Sequence record: LC483177.1
From: Klebsiella phage 05F01
Length of the DNA: 64,000 nucleotides
Reading direction: 5' to 3' (one strand)
This document shows positions 1 through 7,654 of the stretch, piece after piece. Each line of letters starts with the position of its first letter. Position 1 is the first letter of the stretch. Made by a program: the position numbers and the translations under genes. Under the pieces are notes generated by a model. It made no database searches, was not told where the DNA came from, and worked only from the letters and a program-made list of their open reading frames with translations.

Positions 1-459
1 GGTGATATTACTAAGCTTGGTAGTTTCTCTGAGGCAGACCCACTTGAGTTTGATATGGAAGGTCCTGTTGTATTTAACTTATATACTCAGTATGGTTATT
101 GGGGACGTAATCAAGGTAAGCGTGACCTTAACTATGATGCTATCTATAATGCACTTTCAGCAATGGCAGAACGTATGCATGATTTTGACAAAGGAGACCA
201 AGAACGCCATGTAGTAGGACTACCAAAAATTGGTGCTGGGTACGCGGGTGGAGATTGGGATATCATTGAACTGATTATTAAGAAAACTCTATGTGCGCAA
301 GGTATCGATGTTATTATCTATGTCCTTACAGAAGAAGAGATTCCAAGTAACATGCAGAAATTAATTACCTGTATGCAAGAAACTCTTGGTTGCTCGCGTC
401 ATGAGGCAAAGAGCCTTATCTATCGTCAAGTTTATAGTATGGATGGTGGTAATGTATAA
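1..459 (+). CDS. Macro-domain protein (C-terminal part; gene begins upstream of the window), possibly a PARG/DUF2263-like ADP-ribose hydrolase
   Basis: Frame 1 is open from nt 1. The motif VGLPKIGAGYAGGDWDII resembles the macro-domain glycine-rich loop (GxG[YF]xG) and the bacterial PARG LGAWGCGVFGND segment. The upstream part is consistent with the macro fold. Confidence 0.45.
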   Translation, partial: GDITKLGSFSEADPLEFDMEGPVVFNLYTQYGYWGRNQGKRDLNYDAIYNALSAMAERMHDFDKGDQERHVVGLPKIGAGYAGGDWDIIELIIKKTLCAQGIDVIIYVLTEEEIPSNMQKLITCMQETLGCSRHEAKSLIYRQVYSMDGGNV

Positions 460-484
460 ATTCCCTGCTTCTGTTATCAAGAAT

Positions 485-1261
485 ATGAAGGACAAGTATC
501 CTCTTCATGCCGAAGCTACTATTGAGGTTGCCCTACGGGGCTTCCTTGAGTATATAGAATTAGTGAAATTGTATGGTGAAGTGCCTATGTTCTCTAAATC
601 GGTAGATGATGTTTGGCATTTTATGATCCTTGATACAAAGGAGTATCAGAAATTTTGTGAAGAACGTTTAGGATATTTCTTGCATCATGTTCCTACAGGA
701 GAAGGGGACAAGACCCAGGAAGAAGAAAATAAAGCACTTCGTCTTTTATGGATGAGAGCCTGTAAACTTAGAGGATTTAACCCTTTTTCATATAGTCCTT
801 ATGAGTGCCCTGACTTATTTTATGCAGACAAAGTACTACATTCTACTTCTATTTCAACAATCAACTTGGTTGGGGAAGTGACATATGCTAAAGCATCAGT
901 AGAAAATAGAGAAAAAGGTTTGTTTTCAGTTTTTCGTAAAAAAGATACATCTGATTATACTAAGGCGTTAAAAGATAAGTATGACTCATATGGTAAGGAA
1001 GTGTATGACCCCAATACTGATCTTATGCTGCAAACACTAGTTGTGTCTAGTATTTTTGATAGTTCTGGTAACGTAAAGGAAGATGTAAAGAAAGAAACTA
1101 TAATTTCATCTGATCCTCTTGACATCTATTCCAGTTCATATTACGATACACCTACATCGAACAACCACCACACGCATAGTTGTAGTAGTTGTTCAACTAG
1201 TTCATGTTCAAGTAGCAGTTGCTCTTCAAGTAGTTGTTCGAGTAGTAGTTGCTCTAGTTAA
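485..1261 (+). CDS. Hypothetical protein with a C-terminal tandem (S-S-S-S-C)n Ser/Cys tail
   Basis: ORF in the 386..1261 frame, with the start moved to ATG 485 to avoid overlapping the upstream gene. The C-terminus HHTHSCSSCSTSSCSSSSCSSSSCSSSSCSS is encoded by AGT/AGC-TGT/TGC repeats. Confidence 0.5.
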   Translation: MKDKYPLHAEATIEVALRGFLEYIELVKLYGEVPMFSKSVDDVWHFMILDTKEYQKFCEERLGYFLHHVPTGEGDKTQEEENKALRLLWMRACKLRGFNPFSYSPYECPDLFYADKVLHSTSISTINLVGEVTYAKASVENREKGLFSVFRKKDTSDYTKALKDKYDSYGKEVYDPNTDLMLQTLVVSSIFDSSGNVKEDVKKETIISSDPLDIYSSSYYDTPTSNNHHTHSCSSCSTSSCSSSSCSSSSCSSSSCSS

Positions 1262-1271
1262 GGGAGATATT

Positions 1272-1709
1272 ATGAGTATTGTTACACAAATGAAAGCTGA
1301 TCGCATTGTGGCACGAGTTTCTGATAAAGGTACTTTTGCACTTCTTACTAATATTATTGGTGAGTATGACCTTGCTCGCACTCAAAAAGCTAATTTGAGT
1401 AAGTCAGAAGACGATGTTATGACTAAAGTTGTTAAGGTAGGTATTTCACATGCCAAGGAACAGCTATCTTCATTACAAAAAGTAGGTGCACCACAATCAC
1501 AGATTGAACGTGCCATGCGAGATATTGTAGTTCTTGAAAATTACCTCCCAGAAATGTTAAGTGAAGAGGACTTACGTGATATTGCAGAGAACTCTAAACT
1601 TTTGGGATGGAAAATGCCAGATATGATGAGACATCTTCGAGAGGGGTTTCCTAATTGTTATGATGGTGATCTTGCTGTAAAAATCGCAAAAGAGGTGTTA
1701 GATAAATGA
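1272..1709 (+). CDS. GatB/YqeY domain protein
   Basis: RBS GGGAGA precedes ATG 1272. Motifs LENYLPEMLSEEDLRDI and MPDMMRHLREGFPNCYDGDLAVKIAKEVL match the YqeY/GatB C-terminal domain signature (EYLP..LSEEEL..; GKVMG-like tail). Confidence 0.6.
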   Translation: MSIVTQMKADRIVARVSDKGTFALLTNIIGEYDLARTQKANLSKSEDDVMTKVVKVGISHAKEQLSSLQKVGAPQSQIERAMRDIVVLENYLPEMLSEEDLRDIAENSKLLGWKMPDMMRHLREGFPNCYDGDLAVKIAKEVLDK

Positions 1710-2608
1710 AACTTAAAGACTTACTTGTAAAGTATTCTGATGACGTTGACCATCTACTTGACAAGATTAAAAATATCTGGGATAGTGACGTAGAATTCAT
1801 AACTCAAGACAATAGTGGTGAAGTTTGTTTTTGGAGGAATGTTAATTTATATCATGAATCTAAAGATAAAGGCTGGTTTAGTGAGGAAGGTGATTCTCTG
1901 GTTATATATGAATTCCTCTTTAACGGTGAGGTTGCAGATGATTATGAGACAGCAGTAATTAAAAAAGAGGATTATTTAAACATGGTAAATAAAAAAGATA
2001 TTTATAAACTTGCATTCTATACTAATACAATTACAAAGGATCAGCTGCAAAAACTTTATGATATTTTACATGACAATGGTGTAGATACCTACTTTGAATC
2101 AGCAGAAGCACATGCATCAAGTAGTAATATCTTTAGTAAAGACGATCATACTATTTTTCTATGTGGTGATGTTGGTATTGAAGGGGGTAGACACAATGCT
2201 AATCTGCGAGAGATTGTCTCTTATGAGGAATTTTATTCTTTACTAAAAGAGAAACACCCGTTGGTAAAAGAAAAATCACCATCTCCACGTTTCCATAAGA
2301 AGCGAATCCCTGTTCCTGTTCGCAAGAAGGTGGATGTTGTTGTAAAATATAAAGATGGGTCTAGATATTGCTTTAAAGATGTAGTATACTGGAATGCTAC
2401 CGAAAACTCCTTCTATGTTAAAGAACGTAAAGTGGTTTCAGAAGGCATTGAGTCATCTATTGGTACATACATTGATAAAAAATATATCCAATCAGTTAAT
2501 ATCAAAGAGATTGGTGGATCTGTGAACATTGTCAGTGTAACGGATTTCTGGTATTACGGAGACTCAAGTAAGTTTTTCGGTGAAGGACTCTTCTCAAAAT
2601 CTTACTAA
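1706..2608 (+). CDS. Hypothetical protein
   Basis: 300-aa ORF with an ATGA overlap onto the upstream gene. A terminator follows it. Confidence 0.5.
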   Translation: MKLKDLLVKYSDDVDHLLDKIKNIWDSDVEFITQDNSGEVCFWRNVNLYHESKDKGWFSEEGDSLVIYEFLFNGEVADDYETAVIKKEDYLNMVNKKDIYKLAFYTNTITKDQLQKLYDILHDNGVDTYFESAEAHASSSNIFSKDDHTIFLCGDVGIEGGRHNANLREIVSYEEFYSLLKEKHPLVKEKSPSPRFHKKRIPVPVRKKVDVVVKYKDGSRYCFKDVVYWNATENSFYVKERKVVSEGIESSIGTYIDKKYIQSVNIKEIGGSVNIVSVTDFWYYGDSSKFFGEGLFSKSY

Positions 2609-2611
2609 TAT

Positions 2612-2637
2612 AAGCCCCTTTTGGGGCTTTATTTTTA
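2612..2637 (+). terminator. Rho-independent terminator (AAGCCCCTT-TTGGGGCTT hairpin plus T-run)
   Basis: Perfect GC-rich inverted repeat followed by TTTATTTTTAT. Confidence 0.7.
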
Positions 2638-2647
2638 TCTAAAGTAG

Positions 2648-2677
2648 TTGACATAGTATGTAGGGTAAGATAAAGTG
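2648..2677 (+). promoter_or_regulatory. Sigma70-like early promoter (TTGACA -35, TAAAGT/TAAGAT-like -10)
   Basis: A consensus TTGACA sits immediately downstream of the terminator. An A/T-rich -10 is about 17 bp downstream. The same architecture recurs at 13606 and 27187. Confidence 0.5.
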
Positions 2678-2702
2678 TATTCATGAAAACAAATGAGGAA
2701 AC

Positions 2703-3365
2703 ATGATGACTATCAAACATATCTCTTTCGATGTATGGAATACCTTAATCACTGCCAATAAGGGGTATGCTTTAGAGCGTTCTCAGGTGATATCTTACTT
2801 TGCAGGTATTTCCACTAAAGAAGCAGCAGAAGCTTATGCACTTGTTAAAATGTCACTTGATATGGACGCTTCTCTTGGTATCTGTAATGGTGTAAGTCAT
2901 GCATGGTATGAACTAGGTAAGTTTTTGGGAGTAGATAGGTCAACAGCAGATAAAATCAGAACGCACTGTGAGAAAGCTTTTATTGCAAACCCACCTCACC
3001 TTGATAAATCTCTGGTTGACGAGTTATCTGCTCTTAGTAATAAACATGAGTTGAGTATTAAAAGTAATACCAACTTTATTTCAGGAGAGGTATTATCTGA
3101 GACTTTGGGTTTTTATGAGATGCCGTGGTGGAGCTTCACCCACTTCTCGGATGATTATGGTTGGTGCAAACCAGATCCACTATTCTTCCAATGGACACAG
3201 GTTTGTAGTGATATTCAAGGTATTCGTGCAGAAGAAATTTTACATGTAGGTGATAGTGAAATTTTTGATGGCAAATGTGTTGACATTGGATTTAACTTCT
3301 GTAAAATTGATAACCCTGAACACTTACTGAATAAACTTAAAAATGGAGAACTCATTAATGCGTAA
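2703..3365 (+). CDS. HAD-superfamily phosphatase/hydrolase-like protein
   Basis: RBS GAGGAAA. N-terminal ISFDVWNTLI resembles HAD motif I (DxDxT variant). C-terminal HVGDSEIFDGK resembles HAD motif IV (GDxxxD). Confidence 0.5.
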   Translation: MMTIKHISFDVWNTLITANKGYALERSQVISYFAGISTKEAAEAYALVKMSLDMDASLGICNGVSHAWYELGKFLGVDRSTADKIRTHCEKAFIANPPHLDKSLVDELSALSNKHELSIKSNTNFISGEVLSETLGFYEMPWWSFTHFSDDYGWCKPDPLFFQWTQVCSDIQGIRAEEILHVGDSEIFDGKCVDIGFNFCKIDNPEHLLNKLKNGELINA

Positions 3366-4185
3366 AACAACTCAATTCTTTGCACACAATTTTTCATCTC
3401 TGGCTGATGCAGGTTTTTCTACAGATGACTACTCCAAACTTAAATTTGGTAGTAATCAGTCAGCAAAGCGTTTGGGTTATGAATTAGCAGATAGGTTCTT
3501 TATTACTAAATGTGCTGATAAGTTTAATGAGCGATTCGTGGTAATTCCTTCACCATACAATCATGTTCACAATGCAGCAACAGAAATGTCTAATCATTTT
3601 GTAAACCGATTGAATTATCTATTCTCATGCAATAAGTATAAGAATAGTGTGGAGTGGGATATTATTCACCGTAAAGTCAGTTATATCAATGATTATGGTT
3701 TCTTGAGCAAAGAGGATCGTAAATCACTTATTGATGGGGATAGCTTCTACCTCAATAAAGAATTCTGGAGTGGAAAGACACTTATTTTTATTGATGATGT
3801 CAACATTACTGGTACCCATGAAGATAAGCTAGTAGACATTCTTAACGAAAATGAAGTAGAAAATGACACTTATTTTCTTTACTTTGCAAAATACACAGGG
3901 ACCGAGGCTAATACCGAAGCTGCATTAAACTTCAGCTATATCCATAGTGTAGAGAAGTTTATTGAGATGATTAAGGAAGAACATGATGCTAAATGTCTGG
4001 TTCGACCAATTAAGTATTTGATGTCTCAACCTGAGATAACATTTAAAGTGGCGATTTCACAATTACCAACCAACTATGTTGAACACTTGTTTTTCGGTTG
4101 CTTGGCAGAAGGCTATGACAAGATTGAAAAATACAATGAGAACTTTGAGTTCTTGAAACATTTCTATGAAAGTAATATCATGTAA
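3358..4185 (+). CDS. Type I phosphoribosyltransferase (PRTase) domain protein
   Basis: TLIFIDDVNITGTHEDK matches the PRPP-binding motif of type I PRTases (hydrophobic-DD-x-x-TG-T). The start was moved to ATG 3358, which is preceded by GGAGA. Confidence 0.55.
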   Translation: MRKTTQFFAHNFSSLADAGFSTDDYSKLKFGSNQSAKRLGYELADRFFITKCADKFNERFVVIPSPYNHVHNAATEMSNHFVNRLNYLFSCNKYKNSVEWDIIHRKVSYINDYGFLSKEDRKSLIDGDSFYLNKEFWSGKTLIFIDDVNITGTHEDKLVDILNENEVENDTYFLYFAKYTGTEANTEAALNFSYIHSVEKFIEMIKEEHDAKCLVRPIKYLMSQPEITFKVAISQLPTNYVEHLFFGCLAEGYDKIEKYNENFEFLKHFYESNIM

Positions 4186-4196
4186 GGAGAGATAAA

Positions 4197-4823
4197 ATGA
4201 GTAAATTTAAAGCAGGTGATGTAGTGGTTCGTATCAATTCCACTCTAGGCGAGTCTAATTACAGCTTAGAAGAAGTGCCTATTGGATATGTGGGTGTTGT
4301 TTATGAAGGGTTCACTGATGATGATTATTTTGATTTTGGTGACAAATTCAAATACACGTATGACGATGAGGATTTTGTGTTAGCAATTTCATCTTCACCA
4401 TTATTGAGTAAGTCAGCTTATGGTGAATTCCTTGAATCAGCACAGGCGATTGCTAAAGTGCAAGGGAAAGCTTGTATTGATGAAATTACAGCTACTATTA
4501 GTAAACTTACTGCTATCCACACATATGTTGACGATGTAATTGCTGAGTTGGAAAAAATTAAAGATGAAGTATCTAAGGTTGAAAAATTCACATCAGAGCA
4601 ACTTGAAATTCTTTCAGCTTCTGTAAAAATCACCAAGTTAGTGGGTGAATACTATCGTGATGGTAAAAGTGAACCTCTGTTCTTGAATGGTAGTGGTAAG
4701 ATTCGTCCTCCTATGAACACTCAACTGCCAACAGATACATTTAGTATTGATGAAGTAGAAGGGACATTGGCTGGTATTTCTTTAGATAAAGAAGCTATCC
4801 TCACTTTGCTGCGTAGTTTTTAA
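4197..4823 (+). CDS. Hypothetical protein
   Basis: 208-aa ORF with RBS AAGGAGAG. A terminator follows it. Confidence 0.5.
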   Translation: MSKFKAGDVVVRINSTLGESNYSLEEVPIGYVGVVYEGFTDDDYFDFGDKFKYTYDDEDFVLAISSSPLLSKSAYGEFLESAQAIAKVQGKACIDEITATISKLTAIHTYVDDVIAELEKIKDEVSKVEKFTSEQLEILSASVKITKLVGEYYRDGKSEPLFLNGSGKIRPPMNTQLPTDTFSIDEVEGTLAGISLDKEAILTLLRSF

Positions 4824-4826
4824 ATA

Positions 4827-4851
4827 AAGGGGCGCAAGCCCCTTATTTTTA
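4827..4851 (+). terminator. Rho-independent terminator (AAGGGGCGCAAGCCCCTT plus T-run)
   Basis: GC-rich stem with a GCAA loop and TATTTTT. Confidence 0.7.
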
Positions 4852-4860
4852 GGGTACAAT

Positions 4861-5202
4861 ATGTCAGACTTCAGTTATGTAAAGATGGTTAAAGCAAATA
4901 AAGTCCATAGATGTTGTGAATGTAGGGGTAAAATACATAAATCAGATAAGTATGAAAAATCTTTTATTGTTCAGGATGGTGATGTAAGTGAATATAAAGT
5001 ATGTAAACACTGCTGTGAGTCTCGTGATTGGTTATTAGACCATACAGACTGGAACCATGATATTGATGGAGAAGGGCATTCTTTTTATTACACAATGCTA
5101 CGAGAACATCTGAAGGAGCAAGCCACATATGGTAATAAAGATCTATCTTTTGCTTGCTATAGACATATCGTGAGAATGGACCAAAGGAGAAAAAATGAAT
5201 AA
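4861..5202 (+). CDS. Small Cys-rich zinc-ribbon protein
   Basis: Four CxxC-like pairs (CCECRG, CKHCCE). Confidence 0.45.
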   Translation: MSDFSYVKMVKANKVHRCCECRGKIHKSDKYEKSFIVQDGDVSEYKVCKHCCESRDWLLDHTDWNHDIDGEGHSFYYTMLREHLKEQATYGNKDLSFACYRHIVRMDQRRKNE

Positions 5203-5333
5203 ACTATATTGGATACTCCTTATTTTGTCATACATCATGTTGAGTTATAATACAATTGAGTCATCTATATTTGGTTCAATGATTCTTATATCTGCAAATA
5301 CAATAGTATTTTATGATTGCAAAAGGAGGGAAA

Positions 5334-6614
5334 ATGTCAGAAAGTAAAATGTTGATTATGTTCGATTCTAAGAATAACAACAATAAATATTATGAAGCTA
5401 CATTAGATGATGCAGGAAATATCTCTGTTCGTTATGGGCGTGTTGGTGGTGGTGCTCAAACCACATCATATTCTGGTGGTAAACGTAAATTTGATAGCCT
5501 CATCTCCTCTAAAATTAAGAAAGGGTATAAAGAGGCACAACTTGAAGTGGTGAGCAGTGATACCGGATTAGTTAAACGTGGTAACGTTGTTGATGTTGCA
5601 CTGAAGCAGATTGATACTCAAGATGATATGAGTCGTGCTTTAATTCAGACCATCGCTAAAGCAAATATTCATAACATCACAAGCAGCACTAACATTAAAT
5701 ATGATGAAAAAGATGGCTTGTTTAAGACTCCTCTTGGAGTAGTTAAGAAGGAGGCTGTAGAAGAAGCAACTGCTTTACTGAGTAAGATCGAAGTTCATTT
5801 ACCTGCTTACTTAAATGATGGGAGTATGGAAGCAGAAATCTCTTCCCTAAATGACTCTTATTTTGTGCTTATTCCAAATAAGGTAAATACTACACGAGAT
5901 AAACGTTTTCTTCTCTTTAGTCAGAAAAATATTGATGTTCAAAAATCTGTATGTAAGGCACTATTGGAGACACTAGACCTTATTGAAGATCTTAAAAACA
6001 ATACAAATGAAGAAGAAAAAGTTGAAGTAGAGAAGATCTTTAACTTAGAAATCTCTCATGTAGAAGATGCCCAAACTATTGACCGTATTGTAAAATACTA
6101 CAATGAGAGTAAAAACTCCGATCATGGTGGTAGAATTATGGGGAGTCGTGTTAAAAACATTTACAAGATTAATCTGGGTAATCAGCAACAGCCTTTTGAG
6201 GAAGCTAAAGAGAAGTATGGGAACGTCCATGAGTTCTGGCATGGCACACGTGTAGCTAACCTCCTCTCTATCTTCTGTAAAGGACTTATGATGCCTAAAG
6301 AGAGTCCTGGAGCTAAGGCTGGTGCAATGTTTGGTTATGGAATTTACTTTGCTAACCAAAGTTCAAAAAGTATTAACTATTGTGACGGAATGTACTGGAC
6401 AGGTGGAAGTAACAGTGGTAAAGTTTACATGTTCCTTGCTTCTGTGGCTGTAGGTAAAGCGTATACGCCACCTCATTCTACACAAAGTAATCCACCAAAA
6501 GGTTATGATAGCTATTGGGCTAAAGCAGGTAAGTCTGGTGTTAGAAACGATGAGATCATTGTCTTTGACTTGAGTCAAGTTAGACTTGATTATTTACTCG
6601 AAATTGAAATCTAA
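5334..6614 (+). CDS. PARP-like ADP-ribosyltransferase with an N-terminal WGR domain
   Basis: RBS AGGAGGG precedes ATG 5334. WGR-like KYYEATLDDAGNISVRYGRVGGGAQTTSYSGGKRKF..KKGY. Catalytic-domain motifs are present: FWHGTR (H-G-S/T), GYGIYFANQSSKSINYC (Y-F-A...SKS) and NDEIIVFDLSQVRLDYLLEIEI (catalytic Glu). These correspond to the PARP1 H-Y-E signature. Confidence 0.75.
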   Translation: MSESKMLIMFDSKNNNNKYYEATLDDAGNISVRYGRVGGGAQTTSYSGGKRKFDSLISSKIKKGYKEAQLEVVSSDTGLVKRGNVVDVALKQIDTQDDMSRALIQTIAKANIHNITSSTNIKYDEKDGLFKTPLGVVKKEAVEEATALLSKIEVHLPAYLNDGSMEAEISSLNDSYFVLIPNKVNTTRDKRFLLFSQKNIDVQKSVCKALLETLDLIEDLKNNTNEEEKVEVEKIFNLEISHVEDAQTIDRIVKYYNESKNSDHGGRIMGSRVKNIYKINLGNQQQPFEEAKEKYGNVHEFWHGTRVANLLSIFCKGLMMPKESPGAKAGAMFGYGIYFANQSSKSINYCDGMYWTGGSNSGKVYMFLASVAVGKAYTPPHSTQSNPPKGYDSYWAKAGKSGVRNDEIIVFDLSQVRLDYLLEIEI

Positions 6615-6630
6615 TTAAGGGGAAGGTTTT

Positions 6631-7560
6631 ATGAAGAAGATAGTCTCTGAGAATGGTATGGTGACAAAATACCTCCATAATAATGGAACAGAAACATCCT
6701 TTAAGAAACAGTTATCAGGTAGCTACGTAGATTCACTAGTTAAGCCTGATTTTAAAGATAAGAAAAAGTATAGCTTAGTTTTGTCATGTTCTCATGGATG
6801 TCAGTTATCTTGTTCATTTTGCCACTTAACTCAAAATGGTAAACCTTTCAATAAGATCAACACTGAAGATGTTATTGAAAATATTAAAGAGGTCATTACT
6901 GATCAAATTAATGAAGATCCTTCACTGAAAAGTAAGTATATAAAATTTTGCTGGCTGGGGGAAGGTGAACCATTACTTAATTATGAGATGATTAAGCGTG
7001 CTACTATTGAAGTGCTATTTTGGGTATTAGAAAACAAATATGCTCTTGGTTTGGATGGAGTTGACATTTCAACTTCAATGCCAAGGGTCAAGAAAGAAAC
7101 AATAAAGGATCTTAAATGGTTCAATAAATATCTTTCTGTATTCAATAAAAACCCAAACAACAAAGATAAAACAGCACTAAGATTATTTTATTCTTTACAT
7201 GCAGTAGATAATGACATTAGGTCTAAAATGATGCCAAAAACCATTCATATTAATGATGCTGTGAAATGCATGAAGGAAGTTGGTGATGAATTTGGAATTG
7301 ACACAATTTTCCATTATACATGGATAGAAGGTAAGAATGATTCAGATGATGATGTAGATAATCTTATTAAGTTTTGGAATGAGAACTCTCTACAGAAAAG
7401 TCAACTTCGTGTCTTAAGGTACAATAGTGGGACTAATCTAGATGAAGAAAGTGAAAATCTTGGTAAGATAATTTCAAAATTAAAGAAATTCATTCCAAAT
7501 CTGAAAGTTCAACATTCAGCAGGAAAAGAGGTCCAATCTTCTTGTGGTATGTTCAACTAA
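6631..7560 (+). CDS. Radical SAM enzyme, RlmN/Cfr-like
   Basis: SCSHGCQLSCSFCHLTQNG contains the CxxxCxxC radical-SAM cluster in an RlmN/Cfr-type context (GCxLxCxFCxTxQxG). WLGEGEPLLNYEM matches the RlmN GMGEPLLN motif. Confidence 0.55.
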   Translation: MKKIVSENGMVTKYLHNNGTETSFKKQLSGSYVDSLVKPDFKDKKKYSLVLSCSHGCQLSCSFCHLTQNGKPFNKINTEDVIENIKEVITDQINEDPSLKSKYIKFCWLGEGEPLLNYEMIKRATIEVLFWVLENKYALGLDGVDISTSMPRVKKETIKDLKWFNKYLSVFNKNPNNKDKTALRLFYSLHAVDNDIRSKMMPKTIHINDAVKCMKEVGDEFGIDTIFHYTWIEGKNDSDDDVDNLIKFWNENSLQKSQLRVLRYNSGTNLDEESENLGKIISKLKKFIPNLKVQHSAGKEVQSSCGMFN

Positions 7561-7613
7561 TCTTGATTAAGATCATTATAAAAAGTGATGGAATACGTTA
7601 AAATAATAAGACA

Positions 7614-7640
7614 CAAGCCGGAATTTTCCGGCTTTATTTC
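7614..7640 (+). terminator. Rho-independent terminator (AAGCCGGAATTTTCCGGCTT plus T-run)
   Basis: Perfect inverted repeat followed by TATTTC. Confidence 0.65.
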
Positions 7641-7654
7641 ATTATGGAGGATAA

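Noticed and set aside
1119-1271. N-terminal extension of the YqeY-like ORF (track start 1119)
   Set aside because: It overlaps the Ser/Cys-repeat gene in another frame and translates to a low-complexity T/V/H string. ATG 1272 with RBS GGGAGA is the credible start.
2532-6578. Several short antisense ORFs (2532..2720, 3215..3397, 4418..4636, 6045..6359, 6363..6578 minus)
   Set aside because: Each is embedded opposite a longer ORF that has recognisable domains and lacks an RBS. These are shadow ORFs.
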